This document shows, in pieces, positions 1 through 8,604 of a stretch of DNA of 47,650 nt. Origin of the DNA: Patescibacteria group bacterium (GTDB taxonomy: Bacteria; Patescibacteriota; Minisyncoccia; Phycocordibacterales; JBAYGS01); assembly GCA_038078755.1 (NCBI GenBank), contig JBBTSQ010000032.1:1-47650 (forward strand), written 5' to 3'. The translations under genes and the position numbers were made by a program. Position 1 is the stretch's first letter; every line of letters begins with the position of its first letter. The notes beneath the pieces are model-generated. The model ran no database searches. It saw nothing but the letters and a program-made list of their open reading frames with translations, and was not told the origin of the DNA.

Positions 1-854
1 AAACCATGCTTGCCAAAGCATTTACCGGTATTCTCCCACCACTCACTCACGAAGAAATGCTTGAGGTGACGGGTATCCACTCGGTCGCAGGGATTCTTGA
101 ACAAGCGATCGTCTCACACGCTCCATTTCGTTCTCCCCATCACACCGCGTCCTATGTTTCTCTCGTGGGAGGGGGTGCCACCCCAAAGCCGGGGGAGATC
201 ACGCTCGCACACCGCGGAGTGCTTTTCCTTGATGAATTCCCCGAGTTTGACCGAAAAGTGATTGATGCGTTGCGCGAACCACTCGAAGAGAGAGTAGTGA
301 CCGTCTCTCGAGCGAAGGGTTCGGCTCGATTTCCTGCACGATTTATTTTGGTGGCGGCACTCAATCCCTGTCCGTGTGGATTTTTTGGAGTGAAAGGCAA
401 AGCCTGCACCTGCAATCCGCAAGCTGTCGCGCGCTATCGACAAAAAGTGTCCGGGCCGATTGTTGACCGTATTGATTTGTGGGTGGAAGTATCGCAAGTT
501 GAGTACGAACATTTGGCAGAAAAGGGGATGGGTGGCGAGAGTGATGCTATTCGCACGCGAGTGATGAGTGCTCGCACAAAGCAGGCAGAGCGTTTTCAAA
601 AATACAAACGCAATGTAAAAATAAACAGCGATATGTCGGCGAGAGATTTGGTAGAAAGTATTACCCTCGCGCCGAAAGTAAAAGACCTGCTCACCACCTC
701 CGCCAAAGCACTCGGACTTTCTGCTCGCGCCTATCACCGCATGATCAAGCTCGCTCGCACCATTGCTGATCTCGAAAATAGTGACACCATCGAGGCTCCG
801 CATATCCTCGAAGCGCTCCAATATCGACCGAAGAGAAAGGAGTATGAGTTGTAG
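1..854 (+). CDS. comM: ComM/YifB-family Mg-chelatase-like AAA+ protein, C-terminal ~280 aa (5' end outside window)
   Basis: The ORF is open to the left window edge. It carries 'HRGVLFLDEFPEF' (Walker B region), the Cys cluster 'LNPCPCGF..KACTC' and the C-terminal 'ARAYHRMIKLARTIADL', which together match the ComM/YifB pattern. Confidence 0.85.
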   Translation, partial: TMLAKAFTGILPPLTHEEMLEVTGIHSVAGILEQAIVSHAPFRSPHHTASYVSLVGGGATPKPGEITLAHRGVLFLDEFPEFDRKVIDALREPLEERVVTVSRAKGSARFPARFILVAALNPCPCGFFGVKGKACTCNPQAVARYRQKVSGPIVDRIDLWVEVSQVEYEHLAEKGMGGESDAIRTRVMSARTKQAERFQKYKRNVKINSDMSARDLVESITLAPKVKDLLTTSAKALGLSARAYHRMIKLARTIADLENSDTIEAPHILEALQYRPKRKEYEL

Positions 855-907
855 AAAGAAGTATCAAGTACAAAGTATGAAGTAAAAAGGAGGGGTAAAG
901 ATTTCCC

Positions 908-950
908 AAAACAAGCCCAGAAATTGCGGAGCAATTTCTGGGCTTGTTTT
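908..950. terminator. Perfect 20-bp stem / 3-nt loop hairpin between convergent comM and the M23 peptidase gene
   Basis: aaaacaagcccagaaattgc-gga-gcaatttctgggcttgtttt. A-run and T-run flanks allow bidirectional use. Confidence 0.75.
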
Positions 951-1035
951 CCATTATACTTTGTACATTATACGTTATACTTCCCCTAAAAAGGATTCTT
1001 CGCTCCTAAAGCACTCAAAGTGCTCGGGCGAAACC

Positions 1036-2184
1036 CTAGAAAGGGTTTTTAGCTCCACGAACCTCAAAATGCAAATGGTTGCCGGTAGATTTTCCGGTAT
1101 TACCCACGAGACCAATCACTTGGCCACGCACCACATGATAGCCTTCAAATACGATATTTTCACTCAAGTGTCCGTAGAGTGTTTGAGTGCCATTATCGTG
1201 TTGAACGACAACATACTGACCATAGCCACCGTTCCATCCATAATTGCGACTAATGATCACTTCACCCGAAGCCGAAGCCAGCACCGGTGTGCCTTCTGGC
1301 GCGCCGATATCCACACCATTATACCCGTGAAGTCCTTGGGTCTTTCTGCCACCAGCAATCGGTCGAATATAGTAGCCTGCATATGAAGGCCCACCGGATC
1401 CACGAAGCACACTACCGTTGGCACCGATTGGCGCAATGTTGATCACCGCGTCAGGCACAATAATTTCACTGCCCACTGCCAAAAGTGCGTCTGGTCTAAT
1501 ATTATTGAATTGCACGATTTCGCTTTCATCAGCTTTGTACTTTGTAGCAATTTTTTTGATAGTATCACCAGCTTTGACAATATGAGTCACTCCAGAAATA
1601 GGGAGGATGATCAGCTTCTGCCCTTCTTTAACGGTTGAGCCGATATCATTCGCCCAACGAATAGTGTTGACCGATACCCCGAACATTTTGGCAATACCCG
1701 ATATCGTATCTCCGCTTCGGACAATATAAATGCTGATTTGAGTCGATGGGGCGCCGTCTATAATATCCGCCGTGGTACCCGATGGACCATTTTCAGACAA
1801 GAGAGAACTGCCATTGATCACTGTAATATCGCCACCCCCTCGAAAAGCGGTTGGATCGGGGTAGACCGAGGCTTCAAGGAGAGGCATTTTTTGGCTATTT
1901 TGAGCCTTCCATATCACTTCTTCAGGGCCTTCTTTTTCAAAAAAAGCTGATACGCGTGAGAAAAATCCGGCATGAGCGACGCTGGAATGAGCAAAAAGAG
2001 GGGATAGTGCTACAAAAAGCACAAGAAGCTTTTGCGATAAAAGCTTTGTTTTGAGCCATACTTTTGTCTTACCCAACGCCAAATACGCGTTTTCTGGGTT
2101 CGATTTGTAGTTGTGAGTAGAAATAAGCCTTATTTTTAGCCGTTTTACAAGACTATCAGTCATTAAATGGCTTAGTTGAGCCAT
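1036..2184 (-). CDS. LysM-domain M23 family metallopeptidase (peptidoglycan hydrolase)
   Basis: Two LysM-like repeats are present ('YIVRSGDTISGIAKMFGVSVNTIRWAN', 'HIVKAGDTIKKIATKYKADESEIVQFN'). M23 motifs 'HGYNGVDIGAPEGTPV' and 'GNTGKSTGNHLHFEV' follow. There is an N-terminal TM/signal segment. Confidence 0.9.
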   Translation of the reverse strand: MAQLSHLMTDSLVKRLKIRLISTHNYKSNPENAYLALGKTKVWLKTKLLSQKLLVLFVALSPLFAHSSVAHAGFFSRVSAFFEKEGPEEVIWKAQNSQKMPLLEASVYPDPTAFRGGGDITVINGSSLLSENGPSGTTADIIDGAPSTQISIYIVRSGDTISGIAKMFGVSVNTIRWANDIGSTVKEGQKLIILPISGVTHIVKAGDTIKKIATKYKADESEIVQFNNIRPDALLAVGSEIIVPDAVINIAPIGANGSVLRGSGGPSYAGYYIRPIAGGRKTQGLHGYNGVDIGAPEGTPVLASASGEVIISRNYGWNGGYGQYVVVQHDNGTQTLYGHLSENIVFEGYHVVRGQVIGLVGNTGKSTGNHLHFEVRGAKNPF

Positions 2185-2347
2185 TTCCAGAATTCAGTAT
2201 ACCAAACGGTCTATCATTAATCCTACTCCTGCCACCCCAAAAGTCAACCGCTCTGTGCATTGCATGTGGATAACACATTTTCGTCAAAAGTGAAGAAAAA
2301 GGTTGACTTTAACTGCATAAATGATACGTTAAGAAGCGGAATGGTCT

Positions 2348-3364
2348 TTGAAACAGTTCAACAACTCGGAACATCCTATGAACACACAATCCGTCGGTCT
2401 TCGGACATTCGTCGCTGCCGCCATTGCGGTCGCTCTCAGCTACCTCTTGGCTCTGCGGTTCGGCTCGTGGTGGTGGACCCTCTCGGCCTTGCCGATTGGC
2501 ATTCTCCTCTACGACCCGACGCACAGTCTTCAGACATGCAAGAATCTGGCGAAGAAACCATTTGCTCAGGGTAAATTTTTCCCGTCGGTTGTCGGAAAAG
2601 ACCCTGATTTTGCAATACTGCAAAACACAATTATCGAGAGTGTTCAGGGGTGCTTCGTCATCGCTCGATACATGATTGCGTATGGTTTGGGACTGCTCGC
2701 TGTCTGCTGGGCATTGATCGCGTTTGGTGGGAATGGTTTTCTCACAAATTATGACATCGGTACTTTTGTGTTTTCATTACTCGTGTTTGGCTTTGTGGGT
2801 CTTCTGATGAGTCTTGCGATACGATCCGGTCCAGATGAGAGTAAGAAAAGACCCGACTGGCCCATCATACGCAAGCTCAGTAACTGGTTCCCATTGCCAA
2901 AAGATTGGACTTGGGAATTTTCTGGAAAAACCTTTGCCAGCAATCTCAAGAAACAAGGGGTGCTTGCCGACAGTGATGGTGATCACTTCAAACTTTCGCG
3001 ATTCATACTTCTCTTGATAGATACAGTGAGGAGATTTTGGTCCGTCATCTGGTTCACTCTCAGGTGCGCAGGATATGCACTCACTCTACCTATCTCAATG
3101 GGAATAATCCTTGTAGATTCAATTCTCAGTCTGTTGTTTGCGATAACTACCCACGCCTCGGTCGGTGCGGGGATCGGTGGATTCTCGGGAGCATTGCTCG
3201 AGTATCTCTACTATCCGCACATGGAGACCACATCGGGAGACATTCTTCGATTTGTGCTCTTTATGGCAATCGGTGGCGCTCTTGGAGTCGGTCTCTACAA
3301 GCTCCGCGAGTGGGCTAGTCGGGAAGAGGTGAAACCGGTGGTGGTTCCTGACGGATTGTATTGA
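2348..3364 (+). CDS. Polytopic membrane protein of unknown function (ATG at 2378 is an alternative start)
   Basis: Long ORF with several hydrophobic helices, followed by a strong terminator. No recognisable catalytic motif. Confidence 0.5.
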   Translation: MKQFNNSEHPMNTQSVGLRTFVAAAIAVALSYLLALRFGSWWWTLSALPIGILLYDPTHSLQTCKNLAKKPFAQGKFFPSVVGKDPDFAILQNTIIESVQGCFVIARYMIAYGLGLLAVCWALIAFGGNGFLTNYDIGTFVFSLLVFGFVGLLMSLAIRSGPDESKKRPDWPIIRKLSNWFPLPKDWTWEFSGKTFASNLKKQGVLADSDGDHFKLSRFILLLIDTVRRFWSVIWFTLRCAGYALTLPISMGIILVDSILSLLFAITTHASVGAGIGGFSGALLEYLYYPHMETTSGDILRFVLFMAIGGALGVGLYKLREWASREEVKPVVVPDGLY

Positions 3365-3378
3365 GTTGTTGAAATTCG

Positions 3379-3420
3379 ATAGCCTCGGCGCGCAACGCGC
3401 CGAGGCTATTTCTTTTTTTC
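3379..3420 (+). terminator. Rho-independent terminator
   Basis: 14-bp perfect stem atagcctcggcgcg / cgcgccgaggctat with a 3-nt loop, followed by a T-run (tttctttttttc). Confidence 0.85.
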
Positions 3421-3477
3421 TCTGGTCTGTTGTCTGTGTTCTGTTGTCTCTTGTCTACTCTCTGTTATACTCTCCTA

Positions 3478-5439
3478 GTGCATCACCTCAAAGACTTAAA
3501 CGAAAAGCAAAAAGAAGCGGTGCTCCACACCAAAGGGCCTTTGCTGATTTTGGCAGGAGCGGGAGCAGGCAAAACCAAAACCATCAGTCATCGCATCCTC
3601 CACCTGATCAAAGAAGGTGTGGCCCCGCACGAAATCCTCGCTATTACCTTTACCAACAAAGCCGGCAAAGAGCTCAAGGAGCGTGTTCATAAGCTGATTG
3701 AAACCGATCCAGAATTAAATTTGCCCATTTCTCACTTTGGGATGCCCTTTGTCAGCACGTTTCACTCGCTCGGCGTCCATATTTTGAAAGAAAACGCGCA
3801 GAAACTCGGCTACACCAGACACTTCACCATCTACGACCGTGCCGATTCGCTTTCGACCATCAAAGAAGCGATCAAAAGCTTGGGGCTCGACCCTGATCAA
3901 TACGAGCCAGGCAAAATGTTACATATGATTTCGTGGGAAAAGGGGGAGGGCAAGACACTCGCCGACTATCAGTCTCGCACCGGCAACAATTATTTTGCCC
4001 AAGCGGTAGCGGGTGTCTGGCTGGCCTACGAAACCGCTTTGAAAAAAGAAAACGCCCTGGATTTTGACGACCTACTACTCAAGACAGCCGAACTGCTTTC
4101 AAAACATCCAGACGTCCGCGCGCACTACCAAAAAGTCTGGCGATACATCCACATCGATGAGTACCAAGACACCAACAAAGTGCAATACTCACTCGCCAAA
4201 AGTCTGGTCGGTGAAGAAAAAAATATCTGCGTGGTGGGGGATATCGACCAGACTATTTACAGCTGGCGAGGGGCAGACATCAGCCATATTTTGCATTTTG
4301 AAAAAGATTTTGCTGGAGCGAAGTCAATCCTGCTCGAACAAAATTACCGTTCGACCAAAACCATCCTCTCCGCCGCCAATCAGATTATCAAAAAGAACAA
4401 AGTGCGGGTGGAGAAAAACCTATTTACCGAAAATCACGACGGGGAACAGATCAGTTTGTTTGTCGGCTATAGCGAGCGGGACGAAGCACATTTTGTGGCC
4501 ACCGAATCTGCCAAATTGATCGCCTCGGGTGTGTTGCCCGAACACATCGCAGTCTTGTATCGCGCCAATTTTCAATCGCGAGTGCTCGAAGAAGCCTTCC
4601 TCACTCATGGCGTGCCCTACCAAGTGCTTGGCACCAAATTCTTCGAGCGAAAAGAAGTCAAAGACATCGTCTCTTTTATGCGCGCCGCGCTCAATCCGGA
4701 AAGTTTGGCAGATATCAAGCGCACGATCAATATCCCTGCACGAGGCATCGGCAAAACCACTATTCTTAAAATTTTCTCTGGTCAAAAAGATGGGTTGCCC
4801 CCGGCAATGCGCGCGAAAGTCGACAACTTCTATCGACTGCTCGGCAAAATCAAAGAAAAAATCGAAACTGATGCGCCATCAAGAGTGGTTAAATTCATTC
4901 TCACCGAATCAGGACTCGAAAAAGAATTGTCGGAAGGCACTGCCGAAGAAAAAGAGCGGCTGGAAAACATCCGCGAGCTTGCTACGCTTGCCACCAAGTA
5001 TGATGTGTTGCCCCTTCGAGATGGAATTGAAAAATTGATCGAGGAAGCGGCGCTGGCGACCGACCAAGACAGCCTCACCAAAAACGAATCAGCAGTCAAA
5101 CTCATGACTGTACACGCCTCGAAAGGACTTGAATTCGAGTATGTGTTTGTGACCGGCCTTGAAGCCGATCTCTTTCCACACAAAAAAATTGGGGAACGGA
5201 GAGTATCTTCGGCAGAGGAGGAAGAGGAACGCCGGTTGTTTTATGTCGCCATCACCCGCGCGAAAAAGAAATTATTTCTCTCCTATGCCGACACCCGAAT
5301 GATTTTCGGCTCACAGATGATCAATGTGCCATCAGAATTTATTATCGATATTGACAGCGCGCTCATCCACGATATGCCGCGACAGTCGCGGTGGGGTGGT
5401 GGACAAGATGATACTGAGGATAGTATTGTCTATCTATAA
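3478..5439 (+). CDS. pcrA: UvrD/PcrA/Rep-family ATP-dependent DNA helicase
   Basis: Motifs 'ILAGAGAGKT' (Walker A), 'IHIDEYQDTN', 'LEQNYRS', 'VHASKGLEF' and 'LFYVAITRAKKKL'. The GTG at 3478 is preferred over the ATG at 3430. The 16 extra residues are a Cys/Leu-rich translation of a low-complexity spacer, and a TGTTATACT box sits 6 nt upstream of the GTG. Confidence 0.9.
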   Translation: MHHLKDLNEKQKEAVLHTKGPLLILAGAGAGKTKTISHRILHLIKEGVAPHEILAITFTNKAGKELKERVHKLIETDPELNLPISHFGMPFVSTFHSLGVHILKENAQKLGYTRHFTIYDRADSLSTIKEAIKSLGLDPDQYEPGKMLHMISWEKGEGKTLADYQSRTGNNYFAQAVAGVWLAYETALKKENALDFDDLLLKTAELLSKHPDVRAHYQKVWRYIHIDEYQDTNKVQYSLAKSLVGEEKNICVVGDIDQTIYSWRGADISHILHFEKDFAGAKSILLEQNYRSTKTILSAANQIIKKNKVRVEKNLFTENHDGEQISLFVGYSERDEAHFVATESAKLIASGVLPEHIAVLYRANFQSRVLEEAFLTHGVPYQVLGTKFFERKEVKDIVSFMRAALNPESLADIKRTINIPARGIGKTTILKIFSGQKDGLPPAMRAKVDNFYRLLGKIKEKIETDAPSRVVKFILTESGLEKELSEGTAEEKERLENIRELATLATKYDVLPLRDGIEKLIEEAALATDQDSLTKNESAVKLMTVHASKGLEFEYVFVTGLEADLFPHKKIGERRVSSAEEEEERRLFYVAITRAKKKLFLSYADTRMIFGSQMINVPSEFIIDIDSALIHDMPRQSRWGGGQDDTEDSIVYL

Positions 5440-5541
5440 GACAGACCAACAACTTACACTAGCTAGCGCACCCAGACCAATAAGATTCCAACCCCAAGAT
5501 CATATACAATGTTACATTTTTATATCCACATTTCAACTATA

Positions 5542-5572
5542 CACAAATCTACGCGGTCGTATATAATTTGTG
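5542..5572. repeat. 31-bp element CACAAAT-N17-ATTTGTG, left copy, overlapping the -10 box of the PaaX-like gene
   Basis: cacaaatctacgcggtcgtatataatttgtg. The first 19 nt are the perfect reverse complement of 6196-6214. Confidence 0.85.
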
Positions 5573-5573
5573 T

Positions 5574-6140
5574 ATGGAACAAATTGGACGAACCGATAAA
5601 AATCAGAACCGTAACACAAATATTAGGCTGGTAATTTTAAAAACAGTCGCAACAGCGGGGTTACTCAGTCTTGCCTTATTGGCTCCAAATGCAGTGAGCC
5701 TAATTAAAATGTTCGGCTGGAAAACCGGAAAAAGAAGTGACGAGGTGATCAAGCGAGCTCGAAAACGACTTATTGAAAAAGGCTTACTCTGTTATAAAAA
5801 TGGGTATCTGGAATTGACTCAGGAAGGGGAGCAGATGCTACGGACACTCGAATTACGTAATTTTAAATTCAAAAAACCTAAACAGTGGGACAAAAAATGG
5901 CGCGTACTTGTTTTTGATATCCCCGAAAAACGTCGACTGACTCGTGACAAAATCAGGATGACACTACAATCGATTGGATTTATACGACTACAAGATAGTG
6001 TCTGGATTTATCCCTACAAATGCGAAGACTTAGTGACATTACTCAAAGCAGATTTTAAGGTTGGCAAGGATATGCTATATCTCACTGTCGACAATGTAGA
6101 AAATGATTCAGGAATAAAAAAATACTTTGGTCTACACTGA
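5574..6140 (+). CDS. PaaX-like / Cas2-fold wHTH transcriptional regulator family protein
   Basis: 'WDKKWRVLVFDIPEKRRLTRDKIRMTLQSIGFIRLQDSVWIYPY' matches the PaaX middle (Cas2-like) domain pattern. The wHTH-like 'RARKRLIEKGLL' lies upstream and the N-terminus is hydrophobic. TATAAT at 5562-5567 is 6 nt from the ATG at 5574. Confidence 0.6.
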   Translation: MEQIGRTDKNQNRNTNIRLVILKTVATAGLLSLALLAPNAVSLIKMFGWKTGKRSDEVIKRARKRLIEKGLLCYKNGYLELTQEGEQMLRTLELRNFKFKKPKQWDKKWRVLVFDIPEKRRLTRDKIRMTLQSIGFIRLQDSVWIYPYKCEDLVTLLKADFKVGKDMLYLTVDNVENDSGIKKYFGLH

Positions 6141-6183
6141 TGCCCGCACTACATCTGTACTTCATTGCCCTCTATTGTGTCTA

Positions 6184-6214
6184 CACAAATCTCACACGAC
6201 CGCGTAGATTTGTG
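6184..6214. repeat. 31-bp element CACAAAT-N17-ATTTGTG, right copy, inverted relative to 5542-5572
   Basis: The reverse complement is cacaaatctacgcggtcgtgtgagatttgtg, a 26/31 match to the left copy. The differences are confined to the 5-nt block that forms the -10 box in the left copy. Confidence 0.85.
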
Positions 6215-6340
6215 GGAATAGTTACTACTGTTTACTGTGGGCTTACTCTTGTGTCTACTCTCGATGACGCTCCATCTAATCAGACTTTTCGGTGTGCGTT
6301 TTAGCTTGTGTGTGGAAGATTGTTCTGTTATGGTGATTGG

Positions 6341-7282
6341 GTGATCAATATATTCGCTAAAAAATCGTTGGGGCAGAATTTTCTTCACTCGAAACCGACG
6401 ATTGAGAAAATCGTAGAAGCAGGGGAGGTGGTCTCAACAGACATCGTGCTTGAAATTGGCCCGGGTACTGGGTTTTTGACCGAACAGCTTCTTTTGAAGG
6501 CTGGTAAAGTGATTGCTGTCGAAAAAGACGACCGCCTTATCCAGCCTTTGAAAGAAAAATTCTCAAAAGAAATTGCAGAAGGAAGACTTGTTGTTATCCA
6601 TGAAGACGCCTTAATTTTTGACCCTGAAGTATTCCTAGGAACCGTGAAATCGGATGCAATTCGAGGCGCAAGCGAGGCTTGTGACCAAGACGTACAGAAG
6701 TACGTTGCGGGAGCAAATGAGCGAAGCAACAAAGAAGTGCGCCGATTTCACGGTTCCTATAAATTAATTGCGAATATTCCGTATTACATTACCGGACAAT
6801 TCTTCCGCCGATTCCTGTCAGAAGTTACTCAACCAAACACACTCGTCGCCCTAATTCAAAAAGAAGTGGCGGACCGTATCGTGGCCACTGACAACAAAGA
6901 AAGTTTGCTCTCGCTTTCGGTCAAAGCCTACGGCACACCGAAACGCGTAGCGATAGTCGGACGAGGTTGTTTTACTCCCGCGCCAAATGTTGATTCGGCC
7001 ATTATCGCCATCACACACATTTCCAAACAATTTTTCGATGATTCTCCTGAGCAAGAAAAAGTATTCTTCGAACTGATTCGCGCTGGCTTTGCACATAAAC
7101 GGAAAAAGATTTTAAGCAACTTAAAATCAACTAGCAACTTACAACAAACAACTGACAATCAGAAAAGAAAGACGGTTGATTTTGAAAGACTTTTTGAAAC
7201 ACTCAAAATATCAAAAAATGTTCGGGCAGAAGATTTGACGCTCGAGATATGGAAAAAGATATTGTCGTTGCGAGTAGATTAA
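6341..7282 (+). CDS. rsmA: 16S rRNA (adenine1518/1519-N6)-dimethyltransferase RsmA/KsgA (start GTG 6341 or upstream 6308)
   Basis: 'KSLGQNFL', the SAM-binding 'EIGPGTGFLT' and 'ANIPYYITG'. An insertion of about 30 aa lies between the 'DALIFD' and 'NIPY' motifs. Confidence 0.9.
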   Translation: MINIFAKKSLGQNFLHSKPTIEKIVEAGEVVSTDIVLEIGPGTGFLTEQLLLKAGKVIAVEKDDRLIQPLKEKFSKEIAEGRLVVIHEDALIFDPEVFLGTVKSDAIRGASEACDQDVQKYVAGANERSNKEVRRFHGSYKLIANIPYYITGQFFRRFLSEVTQPNTLVALIQKEVADRIVATDNKESLLSLSVKAYGTPKRVAIVGRGCFTPAPNVDSAIIAITHISKQFFDDSPEQEKVFFELIRAGFAHKRKKILSNLKSTSNLQQTTDNQKRKTVDFERLFETLKISKNVRAEDLTLEIWKKILSLRVD

Positions 7283-7632
7283 ATAACACTCGTGCCGGTA
7301 AAAGGCAGAGGGAGCATGATTAACCCCCCTCCAAAAGGCACGAACCCAAGAAAGCAAGGAGCAAACCCTACCGCGGCACCCAAAATACCTTGCCCAACAT
7401 GATTTGGTGGAATACCGACAACCGGCGTACCGTACATCCACATAAATGGAATACCGTTCACATAGACAAGTAACCCAGTATTACATACCAAAAACGCAGT
7501 GATGTACCCCCCAAAACAAGTGCCCAGCGGGCACGGAATCGCTTGGGCATTTGCTTGAGGAATTGGTTTAGCAACAGAAAAAAGTAACCCAACAATAAGC
7601 AGTAGTACGCAGAGATGATAGAGCCGTTTCAT
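7279..7632 (-). CDS. Small secreted Gly/Pro/Cys-rich hydrophobic protein, unknown function
   Basis: Signal-peptide-like 'MKRLYHLCVLLLIVGLLFSVAKPIPQANAQA'. The gene is divergent from 7655 and shares a palindromic -10 box with it. Its stop overlaps the rsmA stop by 4 nt. Confidence 0.55.
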   Translation of the reverse strand: MKRLYHLCVLLLIVGLLFSVAKPIPQANAQAIPCPLGTCFGGYITAFLVCNTGLLVYVNGIPFMWMYGTPVVGIPPNHVGQGILGAAVGFAPCFLGFVPFGGGLIMLPLPFTGTSVI

Positions 7633-7639
7633 GACTTAC

Positions 7640-7647
7640 AGTATACT
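7640..7647. promoter_or_regulatory. Palindromic AGTATACT, a putative shared -10 box for both divergent genes
   Basis: It reads TATACT on both strands, and each copy lies exactly 7 nt upstream of an ATG (7655 plus, 7632 minus). Confidence 0.45.
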
Positions 7648-7654
7648 ATGATGT

Positions 7655-8419
7655 ATGCTAAAAATCTTCTCAACGATTGTTGCTTTGGTGATAATTGGCG
7701 CGATTGCTACTGGTAGCCTGCAGAAGACGACTTCACACAAAACACCTCCTGACTCTTTAAAAATAGTGACTCCGGCCATTTCCGTGGAGCAGAACACTAT
7801 CCCCACCAACATCATCACAAGTACTGATTGGAAAAAAAGCCTGTGGGAGACATCAGAAAAAGAATTAGGCTACCCTGAATTCATCTTCAGCAACCCAACA
7901 CCAGTGATCCCGACACACACCGAAAAGGAAGCTGACCCAGTGCTATCAGAGAAACCGACAGTAAAAAAAGATACCGCTCTCGAATCACCTGAAATAGCCG
8001 AACTGCGTTCTTTTGGAAATACACTAGGCACCACCCTTAAAACATTTTACGCCGATACCGATCGGGACAAAAATACGCTGGCAGTCTTGGCGACCACGAC
8101 AGGTACAGTCAATTTTGAAGCGGTGCGCGCTTTGAGCAAAATCTACACTGCGTTTTCGCAAACAGTTGAAGTGATACCCGCGCCGAAGGCGGTGGCTGAA
8201 TTGCACCAAGAACTTGTCTTGAGTTACCGCCACCTCGGATCAGCTATTACCACACTCGCAGAAAAAGAACCGAGCCGTCCTGACAGCCAAGCGTGGAATG
8301 GATACAACCGAGCATTGGTCGAGAGTCTTTCGGCACTGATTCATATCGCATCGTTTTTCAAGAACAACAACATCGTGTTTGCTCAAAATGAAGCGGGCGC
8401 GATATTTGTCAGTAACTGA
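7655..8419 (+). CDS. Signal-anchored protein, paralog of 8605..9585 (shared C-terminal domain)
   Basis: N-terminal TM 'IFSTIVALVIIGAIATG'. The C-terminal 'FGNTLG...LHQELV...NNIVFAQNEAGAIFVSN' aligns with 'YGNAIG...LHIALL...NGVTFTQDEGGYIFASVI' of the next gene. Confidence 0.6.
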   Translation: MLKIFSTIVALVIIGAIATGSLQKTTSHKTPPDSLKIVTPAISVEQNTIPTNIITSTDWKKSLWETSEKELGYPEFIFSNPTPVIPTHTEKEADPVLSEKPTVKKDTALESPEIAELRSFGNTLGTTLKTFYADTDRDKNTLAVLATTTGTVNFEAVRALSKIYTAFSQTVEVIPAPKAVAELHQELVLSYRHLGSAITTLAEKEPSRPDSQAWNGYNRALVESLSALIHIASFFKNNNIVFAQNEAGAIFVSN

Positions 8420-8604
8420 TGGTTGTCAAGTGTCTGTCAAGTACTTTTTTGCCTTGATCTCGGCTCGCCGAGACTATAATAACGCCTAAATAGAGCCGTT
8501 ATCACACCATATTTGTCAAGATCTTCTCGTCTATCCGAGAAGCCTACATAGAGCCATATTTTGTGTGCGCCACCACTCCAAAACCATATGCTATACTAGA
8601 CTCA

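Noticed and set aside
114-821. Long antisense ORFs inside recognised genes, for example 114..821, 9748..10290, 12005..12571, 44439..44945 and 46855..47382.
   Set aside because: They lie fully opposite motif-supported genes and have no recognisable motifs. Their compositionally odd translations are typical shadow ORFs.
2265-2273. Perfect DnaA box TGTGGATAA upstream of the membrane protein gene.
   Set aside because: It is a single isolated 9-mer. One or so perfect matches are roughly expected by chance in about 95 kb of two-strand sequence.
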